A stretch of 64,000 nucleotides of DNA, taken from positions 256,001 through 320,000 of the forward strand of contig OZ001293.3 of assembly GCA_963921275.4 (NCBI GenBank), written 5' to 3'. This document shows, in pieces, positions 45,103 through 56,990 of this stretch. How positions within the stretch are numbered: position 1 is the stretch's first letter; every line of letters starts with the position of its first letter. Both the position numbers and the translations under genes were made by a program. Origin of the DNA: an uncultured Hormoscilla sp. Its GTDB lineage: Bacteria; Cyanobacteriota; Cyanobacteriia; Cyanobacteriales; Desertifilaceae. The notes under the pieces were generated by a model, which worked only from the letters and a program-made list of their open reading frames with translations, was not told where the DNA came from and did not search any database.

Positions 45103-46916
45103 GGGTATCAACTTAAGCCGGGAAAAGAAAAAAAGGATTTTGGGTATAAAAAAGCACAGAAAAATCAAAAACTCTGTGGTAGACCACAGAGTGCTATATT
45201 GTATCCTTGTAGAGATTTGAACAAGGATACAATGAACTTTAATATAAGAGAACGTCGCCAAAAAGTCGCGCAATGCATGCAAGATAAAGGTAAGCAGACT
45301 CTTGAGTTGATAGGGCAAGCCACCTTGATGTCCAAAAGTAGCGTGGCTCGCCATCACAAGGCTATTGCCCAACGCAATCGATATCCAGAATCTCCTTTGT
45401 GGGAGACGTGGTAGGGAGTGGTTAAAGTTGTGCGCAGTTGTGTAATATTTCGGGATCAAGCAAGGGGTGGGAGCAGAGAGCCTAGTCGTGAATTTTTGAT
45501 CCTCAGTGCATTTAGAGGGCCATGTGGCGGTGTCAGCCAGTGCGCTACGGAGTGTCAAACAGCGCCTGAGCGAGCAGATTAAAGCCTATGGAGATGAACA
45601 AAAGTCCAAGTGTTGCCAGAAGGAAGGGAGTGAGATTGGGGGCAGATGAGACAAACTTTTCCCAGCCGATATTGCTTCTGATGGAGTTAGGGAGCGGGTA
45701 TTTGTTGGTGGAAACGGAAAAGGAAGAGCGCACCTAGGATAAGTTGGACAGAAGAACTCGACAAATGTGGAGTGCTCTGGGACTGGCAGATTCAGGGTTT
45801 GGTCAGGGATGGGGCACGAGCGCTGATGGGGGTTAGGGTCAGAGAAACTCCGATCTGTCCATGCACCCGATTTATTTCATGCCTTGAGGGCCTTAGCTCA
45901 ACCCTTGGGACAGAGTATTGGGGGTCAGCTGAGTTCTGTCCATCAGGAACTCCAAAAGTTGCAGCAGCGCCAAGACAAAACACCCAACCCCACTCAACAA
46001 CAAGCCTTTTTCGATATCTCTGCTCCTTGCTCTTGTCCGGTGGTGACATGGCTGCGCTCCCGCAAGGGATACGGCACACAGGAGACATCGAGGCCTCAAA
46101 GTATCACCAGCAACAGCGGTTCTCTACCCTCCAACAACCCCCGACTTACCACCAGGCTCTGTGTGCCATCACCAAGGCCCTGCATCCCTTTGATGACTCT
46201 ACGGGAGAGTGGCAGTTATGGCAGGCAATCGAACACCCTCTGATGGTTCCTTTGAGAGAGTTAGAACAACTCACCTGACCAATTGAACCTGGTTAAAGGT
46301 CTGGAGGCAGTGGAGACATTCCGCAGGTCAAATCTCTACTTTCCCACTTAGGCTTGCATATTTGGTGGCAAGGGGTTATCCAGGAGTTGAGCCAGCTTGG
46401 AAATGATGAAACTCTCCAGCAATGGCTACAACTTCGTCCTTTTGCCCTGGGTCTATTGGCAAGAACAAGCTGATAAAACTCGACATCCTTCCTTGCAATC
46501 TGACTATCGACAAGGGGCGAGGGCAGGCGATGGCACCTCTGACAGCACACCCATTTTCTGCCCACCTCGCTCCTCAAGAGTGGCAATTTTTGCTCTTGTG
46601 GTCTCAAGGCCAGTGTGACCGCAGGAGAGGGTACTTCCTCTGCCGTTGAAGGCAGAAACAGCTATCTCTCTGGTCTTCACCAAGCTAGAGGAGAGTTCTC
46701 TCCCCAATCTTTAGCCCCTCTGACTATTATTCACAATTTCGACTTACGACCCGCGGATGGTTCCACTGCTGCGGAACGTCTCTTTGAGCAATCTTTTCCC
46801 TTGGTGTTTGATTGGCTTATGGCGAGGATGGGTGATCTCCCTTGACCCGGCGGTCAAAAAAGCACATCACCCACAAGCCTTATCTACTCTAGCTTTCCTG
46901 GCTTAAGTTGATACCC
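45103..46916 (+). mobile_element. Degenerate IS encoding a DUF6399-like protein
   Basis: TIR GGGTATCAACTTAAGCC; TSD CTTGCTTT; RNRYPESPLWET, GADETNF, SSAVEGRNSYLS, DGSTAAERLF. Confidence 0.85.
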
Positions 46917-47467
46917 CTTGCTTTAACACCAAAGAAGTGAAAACCAATATTGGCATCCTTCAGGATCCTGGCTATGAAGAACCTTGGATCGTAGCGGCAG
47001 GATTGTCCCGCCTCTGAGCACAAAACACTAGATTATGGGATTCGCTGGGGAATTGAACCCATGTTTTCTGATTTCAAAAGCAGAGGTTTTGGGATCACTG
47101 AGACTCAAAAAGAGCATGCAGATCGTCTTGAGCGTTTGATTTTGGTTATGGCACTAGCCATGTATTGGTCCACATCTGCTGGTATGAGTGATGAAACGCC
47201 TTTACCCAAGTCACAAAAAAACGCTTCCGTTCTTGGTGTTCTCTGTTTACCACTGGACTTCGTCTGATTATTAGAGCGATTCTTCATGGACTACCGGTCC
47301 CTCCTCTATGGGATCGCTGGAAAACTGAGGGGTGGTAAGGTCAAAATGGAGTCAAATCTTCTCGATGGAGTCAAATCGGGGTAAAGATATAACTCCCCCC
47401 TTCGCCCTTAGCTGTGGCCCAGCAGCAGCAGCTAGCTACGAATCCTCGACGCCACCAAGCTTAATTC

Positions 47468-47580
47468 TGCGTTGCACTTCGGACGGGATGATAGACATAG
47501 TTGCAATAGTTTTAAACCTAGACTACAAGCGACTTTCAGTTATGTGCAAAAAGAGTATCATCCCCAAAATGTGCAACGCC
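47468..47580. mobile_element. 113-bp MITE (diverged copy)
   Basis: TIR GCGTTGCAC/GTGCAACGC; TSD CTTAATTC. Confidence 0.88.
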
Positions 47581-47587
47581 CTTAATT

Positions 47588-48235
47588 CTATTGGCGCTTT
47601 AACATCTTGCGCTTTAATATCTCACCTGCACCAACAGCACCAAGGGCTAATAAACCAACAGCTTCAGCTGGTTCAGGCACTGAAACTGGTGTCGGACCAA
47701 AGGTAAAGTCATCTATGACAATCCATCCAACATTATTAATCTCAAATCGAGCGATCCCAGGACCAGATATGGATAAAGTCTGTGCTGCTTCCGCTGTAAA
47801 AGTGTCAGAAGCAACAAGGTTGTCAAATTCATTGAACCCTAGAAGAGTTACAGTATCTATCTCCTCCCATAAGGGGTTTTCAGCATCACCTGCAAAGACT
47901 GAAATAAAATCGACTGTTTCCGTCAAAAAACCGCTGATATCTCCTCCAAAAAATAAACTACCGGGATTTGCTGCTACGTTTGGTGGAGATTGAGGCAATG
48001 CGCCGTCCATCTCCCCGTAAATCCTTAAGGAGTTGTCAAAAACTACACCTAAATCCATGAAGGTATCGCCAGCAATAGTTTCATCGTAGCTAAATTCATC
48101 AAAATCAATGGTTACGAGGGCCTGGGCTGAGTTAGTTGGCATTAAAACAGCTAAAACCGTCGCCGCAGCTAAACTTTTTCCGGTCTACGACCGGAAAAAG
48201 TTTAGTGATTTTTTTGTGTGTGCTTGATAGCTCAT
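47588..48235 (-). pseudogene. PEP-CTERM sorting-domain protein with an in-frame TAG in the signal peptide
   Basis: C-terminal VPEP-TM-KRK; ATG 48235 with GGGAGA RBS is in frame but TAG at codon 17; ORF from 48142 is open. Confidence 0.75.
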
Positions 48236-48539
48236 ATTAGTCTCCCAAACTCAATGTTTTTTGACAGCTCTGCCGAGCGCCGGTGATTTTCCTGGCGCTC
48301 GCACTATCAGCTAGAGGGACGCTAATCCAGGGTAATCGCAGCTAAATCTGCCTCTTTTAATACCCAGATTTCAGAGTCATTCAGCATTATCAAAACATGA
48401 TGGGTGCCTGAAAACAGGATGAATTCTGCCAGAAAAACTAGCTATTGCTCTAGTTATATGTGAACTCATAGGTTTGATAATAATTTGGGACTTGATATTT
48501 TTTTATGTTGACAATAGTAATTCCACAGATTTTATGCAG

Positions 48540-49790
48540 CCTCATGTCCCAAGAGAACTTTAAGCGCATAGTCATTATCTAGTGCAGCGTATGAGGGTTT
48601 CATTGCAATACTCTGTTTTGAAGGTTGCAAGCTTCGAGTAAATTGATACATAATCGCCGCCATTGTCCCATATTCTGAGGACCATTTCCGGTTCTAATCT
48701 GCGTCGAGTCTTCTTTAAACGTTACATCTAAGATCCAATGAAGACTATTTTCAACCCCCCAATGAGAGCGAATCGCTTTCGCCAAAACAGTGGCATCTGC
48801 TTGTAGACTCGTGATGTAGAAACATATTTCGGTGGTTCGCTTATTCCACAGTTGACCTTGCCGTTTTACCATTACCACCGTAGCCAAACCCTTCCATTTC
48901 GACTGTTAAATTCAGTATTTTGTCTATGGATACCGCCCATACAAACGCGATGTTCAATACGATGATGTCCCTGTAGTCTCACTATAACTATAGTCAACCC
49001 CTTGCCAAGGTTTGCACCTGTTGAAAAAATGCCGACACTTCTTTGTAGAGATTCTCTTGATTGCCCTTGAGGGCAAGAATATATTCCCCCTTTTGGTCAA
49101 TTATTTGGGCGGCAATTTTTCTTGGTGTTCCCATAGCATCTAGGGTGATGATCGCTCCAGTTATATCTATTAGCTGCAGCAACTCGGAAATAGCTATAAT
49201 TTCATTCGATTTCTTTGCGACAATTTGTTGAGCTAACACAGCTGTGTCCCCCGGGTAGTGCGAGTAGCGCCCTGGGTCTCCTGGGTAGTGCTTTTAGCGC
49301 TCCCAGGAGACCCAGCACCGGGGGACACAGCGGCCCAGGCACTAACGGTATGCAAGGCTTTCAATCCCTTCTCCCGGTCATAAGAACCCCGTGCAGTTTT
49401 ACCATCGATACTGATCACATTGATATCGAGTTTGGAACTCAAATGCTTGCTCCAAGCCAAAAAACACTCGTGCAATTGCTGCGGGTCTCCCATGGCCAAG
49501 ACCCTGGAAAAGGTATCGTGAGAAGGGATACCGTGAGGCAACTCGCGCAAAGGTCTCTAACCCTCCTGGGAAGCGTTTGCCATAGGTCTCTATCGCCACC
49601 ATGTTGTCAGCGCCACATAAAATTGCCAGTATCGCTCCGGGTCACTATATCAATCAGTAAATGCTCGGCGTTTAACTCTGGGGTCATCTAATGCTTCAAA
49701 CTCTTTTAGTACGCTCTTTTTTAAATTTTTTAGCTTGTTAAAAGGAAGGGGTTTACTAACATATCCAAATCCTTTTGACATAATTTTTGA
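48540..49790 (-). mobile_element. ISAs1-family transposase pseudogene
   Basis: GIPSHDTFSRV, ISIDGKT, KSNEI, LDAMG, LALKGNQ, RSHWGVENSLHWILDV. Confidence 0.93.
49243..49332 (-). repeat. Two nested 45-nt hairpin elements (90 nt) inside ISAs1
   Basis: Outer arms TGTGTCCCCCGG/CCGGGGGACACA, inner arms TGGGTCTCCTGGG/CCCAGGAGACCCA. Confidence 0.88.
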
Positions 49791-49953
49791 CTTTACTCAA
49801 GTGTCCCTACTCTGCTCGACATCAGTTGACAAGGGGTGTGGTCAAAAGTAGTTGATAGAGTAGAGGAGAAAAGCTGTCCCCTTGGGTCAATTATGATAAT
49901 CATTATCATTCTCTTTTACCAAGGAGAACTTTGGTTCACAATCCATGCATGTA

Positions 49954-50082
49954 AGCAGGTGGGCGTAAATCAACTGGCCTCTGTTAAGAAATGTCTTATC
50001 GCGCCCATCTACTTCTGGAAGAAGCTTGAGCGCCAACTTAACAAAACTTTACTGCCGTTGAGTTGACTTATGCACACCTACT
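49954..50082. mobile_element. Small MITE flanked by TA
   Basis: Imperfect TIR AGCAGGTGGGCGTAAATCAACT / AGTTGACTTATGCACACCTACT. Confidence 0.65.
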
Positions 50083-50666
50083 TATCAATAGTATATAATG
50101 TGGTCTTGTGGGATTTTTTTGTAATATCTGTACAAGCATTCTGGGCAATTTATAACCTATAAGTTGCTAGGGCCGCACGTCGCGAATGCGCTCGTGCGGC
50201 TCCGGACGACTGCATGGCGACTACCCCTGGAGCTGCACTGGCCCTTACTGCGCTGGGATCTTCTGTACTCTTAAATAATCACACTCCAGCAGCATATTTC
50301 AAGCCAAGTCGTAGTCTTGAAGCAGTCAAACTTCTTAACAGGAAGGTATGGTTATTACTACCCTGGTATTTTTGCTCGGAGGGTCTCAAGTTGCCAAAAA
50401 TCCGACCAGCAATTATTAGCTTGTAGAATGAGTAGCCCTAACATCGGATTAATATTATCAGGATGCCAAGTCACGCCGGGAATCTTTAACCTTTTTTGTG
50501 GTATATAGCGATGAGCACTTTCAATTTCTCCTGAACCGATGGGTAAACCTAAGGAGAGCAACCGGTGATAATTAATACAATCAGAAAAGCCTTGCAGATA
50601 CTTACACAAACGGGATAAACGCTCTTGATTTTTTGCGGTGAGCAATGCCTTCCTGCTTCCGAGACA

Positions 50667-51489
50667 GGTAGTGATAAACATGTAGTGATGGCACAACTAA
50701 CCCGACAAGAATTTGTTGTAATCATGCACAAAATACCAAATCGCGTGATTTTCTTCTTAGAGAATGATAATGTTTTCCGAACCAAGCGACTAATTCTTTG
50801 CCTCGTTGTTTAACCTTTCAATATGATTAGTTTTTCCAGTTTCTTTACCTACCGCAATAGTAACGCTTTTTCGGTATTGTTATATGCTTCCCAAAAAGTA
50901 AAAAACCGCGTCGATAAACAGGAGGTAAATATTTCCACAATTTTTTTGCTGAGACTGCGATCGCCCAACTCCTACAATTTGTTTTTGTATCAAGTGCCAA
51001 TGTTTGTTTTCTTTATTCCCAAGACCACATTTCATCACAGTCAATAGTCGATTTTCCTTTGGGCTTGTCTGAAACCTTTAGATCACCGCAGATTTTTTAT
51101 TAACGTTTGTGAAACCTTTACTCGACGCTATTCTTTCAAGTAATAGCTCATCTATATTCTTTTTCTTTTCGGACGATACCTGCTGTCGGGTTTTCAATTT
51201 ATTGCCGATTTTTTACATATTTTTGCTTTTTATTATGAGTACTACCATTTTTTACTGTTCGCTCACAATTACAATAAGGGCAATTGGGTCGCGACGATGA
51301 TGATGTGTTCATAAGTCTATACTCGCTTTTGACTAATAACATAAGAGCATTTTTCTGATGAGCTATACATGAGAATATTTTATCATTGCTATCAATTTGG
51401 CTAAGATAAAGAGCTGTTATATCATTCCTAAGAAAAGTAAGGATTAATAGAGGGATGGAATGTTCTATCACTACATATTTATCACTACC
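50667..51489 (-). mobile_element. Degenerate IS1-family element
   Basis: TIR GGTAGTGATAAA; TSD CCGAGACA; CPYCNC..VKNG and LVRKTLSFSKK. Confidence 0.9.
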
Positions 51490-52826
51490 CCGAGACATTT
51501 TTGAAAATTTGTCAACAGTTGCTGTACTTTCCCTGCATCAATTTTCGATAGTTCTTCATTTACCAAATCTTGTTTTTCGCTTCCCTCCAGCCCCAGAGCT
51601 AGCGCGTCGCGCACTGCGTATCAGCGGTTTCATAAAGATGTTGTTTGAGATAACAACGCTCCAGGATAAATTGCAAGTTGTTAAATTGTAAGTTGTCAAA
51701 TTGCTCCTGGAGTTCTGAGGGTAGCCCATTACCACCATCTCCGACTGCATAGACGTGACGCGCGTAGTGACATCCCTTGATCTATTGCTGCACTTACCAA
51801 TTGATTTACAAGGATAGGATACTTGCTCATTTATGCTAGAAAATTGCGCTTTTCTTTGTTTTAAACTGGACTTTTCTTACCAACTCTGACTGCTCGCCAC
51901 TAGTTCGCTCTTTTTTCGGCAGTTGCCGTTTTTTTGTTAACTGCTGGGTTTGAGCTGATTGGAAAATGCCAGTACTCAGATGACTACCATCAAGTTCCAC
52001 CAAAATTTGATCAACTCCAGGTCTGACATCGAGGGGTTTATGATATTCTGCTCTTGAACGTTCTAGTCGTTGGGAAACATATTCCTCTGCCTGGGGAGCA
52101 ATTTTGACTACCGCTCTTCTGAGGAGATAAGGATCAATACTCCATCCATAGTGTTGTTCAAATTGTTTAGCTGCTTGTTGATAAGATTGACTGATTCCCA
52201 AAGATACCAATCGCGCATCGCGTAGCGTGGCGCAGCCATAGCTTTTTATAAGGCTGGAGAACGCCCAACATCAGTAATGCCTAATTGGTTTTGACTGGAC
52301 GAGTCCCCTGGAAAAGTCTTGCGGTTCCATAGATAGGGTGATTCTACCTCTATCGGACCAAAAAGCACTCCATATTTTACTCGTATTTGACGGTGAACCT
52401 GATATCCTTTTTCCAAGTCATCTGTTGTCAGTTGAGAACTTAAGTAGCTCAAAATCATCAACATTAGTTGCAAGCCAATTAAGCGTAATAGCTTGAAAAT
52501 TTATCCTCTGAACGGATCTGTACCTTATTCGTGCTCAGAAGATTCTTGGGAGCGAATGGCATTAAACAACGATTGACAAACTTCCGTATCGGACATCTGT
52601 ATAATCTTCATGCATGGCAGTGTTGATAATTGATTTCATCAGGATTATCAATACTGTCATATTTCTTCCCAGAATGCAAGTACGGATATGAAGAAAACGT
52701 CGCACAATCCCGGAAATTATATACTATTCATACATGTATGTCAAGTGATACTTGGTTTTCCTTGCTAAAAGAGAATGATAATCATTATCATTCATTAAGG
52801 GCAAAATTTATCCTATGCTCTATCAA

Positions 52827-53990
52827 CTACTTTTGACCCCGGATGCCTTCTTTCTCCCAAAATGGCTCGGTGCAGTGAAACCCAACCTTTGTTGCGGGAC
52901 AGTAGACAATGTTGTGAATTGATGCCAGCTTCTGCTCGTCAAATCCACTCAGCTCAATTTTTTTGAGGATGGAAAAGGGAATAGTGCACAGGACATAGTC
53001 GCAACTACGAGTTTGTAATTGCCCGTTTTCTAACCAAGAGACTTCTACAGAATCTTCCTGTACGCCCAAGGCTACTACTTCTCGGTGGCATTGAATCGGA
53101 GCTTTAATCGCAGCCGCTAGACGCTCTATCAGCTGATATATGCCCCCTTCTAATTGCCATAAATCGTGGCTAGTCTCTGCCAATATATCGCCGAGAAACA
53201 TGTCGAGGGCTTTGCTACAACTATCGCGGAAATCGAGGTGAGATTTGAGAAAACCTTGAAGGTCAATGGTAGAACCATCCTCACTGAAGAATGGTTCTAG
53301 ATATAACCTCTCTAGCTCATCTAGCAAATGGGACTTCAAGTCTTGCTCGAAACTGGCACGGAGAGCGCCAGGAGCGATCGCATCAACGATGGTTTTCAGC
53401 CAGGCAGTAAAGAGACGAGTCTTTTCGCTATAGGCTGAGAAAATTCCTCGATCCTGTTGATCGAAGATCCTGGGAGCATCTTTCATCCGGCAAATTTGGC
53501 CTCAGATATTCATCAGAGCATTTTGCTCCTCGAATACCGTGATCAATTTGCGGAGTTTATGTCCCAGTCCCATCTCATAGATATAATGTAGGGTATGTTG
53601 GTGTTTCTTGGGGATGCGCATTGCGCCAAGTTCGACCTGGGGGGCACCAGGCCCGTCCCCAAATCGGTGTGTCCAGACCCGACCGCCGATGCGCGGGCTA
53701 CCTTCAATGATATCGACATGGTGACCTAGGCGTTCGAGTTCGTAGGCCGCCACCAGCCCCCAGGATAGTTACCTGCTTGCCTGGTTGTCGATTGGCATTT
53801 CTGCAGTTTTGTATTGTTGTTTTGATGTCCATTTTTCAACAAATCCGTTGTGTTCAACATGTGGTGATGCACAAATAACCCGATAAACATTATTAACCAG
53901 ATCAATAGCCAACTGTCTCCCATATAGCTTGGTGGTAGATGGAGGCATAGGTTCTCGGGAATAGCTCAAATTGGGTAAATCTGAGTTGAT
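52827..53990 (-). pseudogene. Flavin monoamine / amino-acid oxidase, fragmented and 3'-truncated
   Basis: GLVAAYEL, EGSPRIGGR, ELGAMRIP, DYVLCTIPF; ends inside the TIR at 52827. Confidence 0.85.
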
Positions 53991-54150
53991 TCAATTACTC
54001 TGTTGGGGTGAGAAATCCTTTGCTGTATGTCAGAGTAGCTATGTCACTTTCCCCTACCTAATCTTGACTACATCCAATTATCTCGGCATTCCGCATGTTA
54101 GTTCGGGTAAAACGCATCTAAATCAGCCTTTCCCAGTAAGCATTCTGTAA

Positions 54151-56826
54151 CTGGACAGTGCTTATTTATTTAGACGTATTCCATTAGAAATATAAAGATA
54201 AAAAGGAACAGAGGTAGGACAAAAAAACATTCCCGCAGGCGACGCCGCAGGAATGCTCTATACTGGTATAATTATTGATAATCAACCAGTATAAATTGAT
54301 TATGTCTATTCTATATCTCGTAGAGCAAATATTAAGCGAGCTACGAAAGCGTCTTTAGTAGGCAAGCGGCAAATGAGATGGTTCGTGCTGCTGATGTGGG
54401 GTGTTTTACTATGTTCAATGGCTCCAGCCGTGACAAGTTATTTGAACGCTGTCGGCCTGAGTGAATACTACTACCATCAAGCCAAACAGCTGGTTTCACT
54501 CACAGGCGTGGAGCGTGGTAAAGTTATCACAGACTTGGCAACAATGCTTGAGCAAGCATCCCAATTTACATCGGCTAAAGGGGAAACCAGTGTATGTGGG
54601 AGATGGCATCAAAATCAACAAGGAAGGACGGAAGATGCCAGCAGTTAAAACGCTGCACCAAGAGTCAGACAATACAAACAAAGCCGACTGGATTCGAGGC
54701 AGTGCGATTCGTTCCGGCATAAGCCAGTAGGTGAAAGTCGGGTCTGGCTCTATCAGCCAGATAACTCTGGTTATCATGGGGGTTAAATTCCCTTTCCCCA
54801 GGTACGGGGGTCGAGGGTACTACCGGTCGGAGGTGCTACGGAGCCACATCGCCGTGGTGCCTCCCGAGGACTTAAATGTAGGATAACTGGCAGCCTAAGC
54901 CGGTGACGCCGCTAGGAAAGATGCTAATGGTTAGAACAAGCGAACCTATGTAAACCTCGTTAACCAGAACCAGCGGAAGAAGGCTTATGCGCTTGCCCAA
55001 AAAGGGAAATGGTAGTTAGTATTAGCTCTTGCCTCTGGCTAATAACGTACTCAAAGAACTCCCGGGGTATAGTAGGAACCTAAAAGCATCGTGAAATGAT
55101 ACTAGGGAACGAAGTAACCTCTCGTGAGCTGTCCCCATTTGGACAAGTTAGATGTAAAGCGCAAGCCACGAAGAAGAAGGATGTCCTAAGAAGCTAACGC
55201 CCAGGGTAATGCCTGTGGATATGCAGACGTAGGACGGATATGGTAAGACACCCTTGGGAAAAGTAACCTTAATGTCACAGAACTAGGGAGAAATTCCGAA
55301 AGTACGAATTTTGGATTCAAATCTTAGCCAGGTAAAGTTCAGAGCCCTTACGAAAAGCGGAAAGCAGAATGGGGAAGATGTTAGTAAAGAGCGGCGAGTA
55401 TGGTTTGCTGAACTATCCTCCGCGAACCTTCCGCAGCTCAGTACTTAAACGGTCCAATAGGATTGACCATAAGGGGTAAAATTTCAAAGGGTAAGGGACA
55501 ACGGGGGTAACCCCCAGTAATCCTACTGATGACAACAGCTTACCAACCAGTAGCCGTGTGCGGTTCCAGTCGCTCTTCAGGTTTCGCTCTTGGAGGGTTG
55601 GGGAGTGATTCCCAGCTCGACCCCGACCATTACGAAGGGATGCTTATCTCTCCTATTGGGAGCGGCTGATGCTTTGGAAGCTGTGCCCATAGTTTTACGA
55701 ATCCATTCCGGGATTACAGCAGCACGAAGCACGAAGCACAGACAATTACCCTCGTAGATCGGATGGCCGCCAGTGCGCTTAGCCACCGAAGGTAGCTACG
55801 TTGTACTGGATGCGTTCTTTGCTGCCGGGAGCTTGATTGCCAAGTTCCGTGAAAACCAGTTACACCTGATTAGTCGTGTGCGGATCGCTTGCCGTTGGTA
55901 AACAGCCCTTGCCACCTCCTCCACCCAAGCGAGGACGCGGGAAACCACGCATATGGGGAGAGCTCCTACAGTTACGAAATCTGTTTACTGATACCTCGGA
56001 CTTTATCAGTTCCACAGTAGCACTCTACGGAAAGCAAGTAACAGTGAGCTACCGCAAAGCGTGACTTACATTATCGAAGTCCACAGCATTTAGTGCGGTT
56101 TGTATAGACTGTGCTACCCTGTGGTAAGCAAATGATTCTTCGATGTGCTCGAAGAGCGTGCTCCTAGCGCGAGCACATCGAATGTCAAAAGATATCACTC
56201 TATCCGGCATGGCTGCGCCCCCAGCGCAGCGCTATCGGAAGTTATTGAAGCTTATGGATGGCGGTTCTTTCTTGAGGTAACTTTCCGTACACTCCCAAAC
56301 GTTATTATGGGGTTTCAGCTATCGTTTCTGTTCGATATCTTTGCTCCTTGCTCTTGTCCCAGGGGACTCGGCACACAGGAGACATCGATGAAAAGTTTTC
56401 CCCCTACTCCACGGTGGCCTAAAAATATTATCCTCGATCAGTTCCCTGTAGAGGAGCGCCCACTTCTCAATCGTAAGATTGTCGCTATGGAGCGTTTTGT
56501 GAACCTTAACGCTGTGGGCTATGGCTGCGCCACGCTGCGCGATGGGAATTTGACAATTGCTAAGTGTGGAAATGTCAGTAGACAGAGGCGCGAGGTTTTC
56601 CCCATTGGTGGAGCACTCTGCCCAAACATGGCAACCCCACAGCAACTTATTGTCCGTCTTACTCTTCAAGATAGAGCTCGACATATTGAGCGTGAAATGT
56701 AGACCCGGCTTACTTTTGACTAAATTCATTTCTCTGCGGCCCCGACGAGTAGCAAAGCCTTTAACAGAGAGGATTGTCTGTTAACTTTCCTCGGCGCAAT
56801 CTCAGCTAGAACTTTTGACTGTCCAG
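54151..56826 (+). mobile_element. Degenerate IS (IS4/IS701-like DDE) interrupted by a group II intron
   Basis: Short TIR CTGGACAGT/ACTGTCCAG; VGDGIK..KEGRKMPAVKTLHQES, YVVLDAFF, IEAYGWRFFLEVTFR. Confidence 0.7.
54702..55627 (+). mobile_element. ORF-less group II intron with degenerate DV
   Basis: GTGCG start, ...GACCCCGAC end; DI homologous to 9385-9900; putative EBS1 TGCCTC pairs with upstream GAGGCA. Confidence 0.88.
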
Positions 56827-56990
56827 TTCGGTTATAATCGTTATGTTATTTCCGCCGTGCCCCGGCCAGATGAAAATGCAACTGATTTGTGCCCTGACCA
56901 CATGCTATAGACCTGTTGTCGGGATGGGAGCAGCCCATCTGACTAGATTGGCGATAAACTAAAAGGGGCGTGATGCAAGGCAGAGATTTT

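Larger units (their letters stand above)
43006..47339 (+). mobile_element. Degenerate IS4-family element containing two nested IS
   Basis: TIR CTTACCACCCCTCA/TGAGGGGTGGTAAG; 10-bp TSD GTCAAAATGG; fragments EKR|YQYISRFL and YGIRWGIEPMFSDFKSRGF. Confidence 0.88.
49834..52840 (-). mobile_element. Element with ~95-bp imperfect terminal inverted repeats enclosing a degenerate ISKra4/ISLre2-like transposase
   Basis: GGTCAAAAGTAGTTGATAGAG...TGATAAT.ATTATCATTCTCTTTTA at both ends, inverted; fragments VELDGSH and LPIGSGEIESAHRYIPQKRLK; right tip damaged. Confidence 0.7.

Noticed and set aside
44755..45558. 267-aa minus-strand ORF
   Set aside because: Spans an IS4/nested-IS junction antisense to transposase remnants; no recognisable motifs
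49243..49332. Idea that the outer arms of the 45-nt element are inverted copies of target DNA
   Set aside because: Constant 45-nt length and the empty site of the 56-nt family place the arms inside the element; only the following G appears to be target-derived
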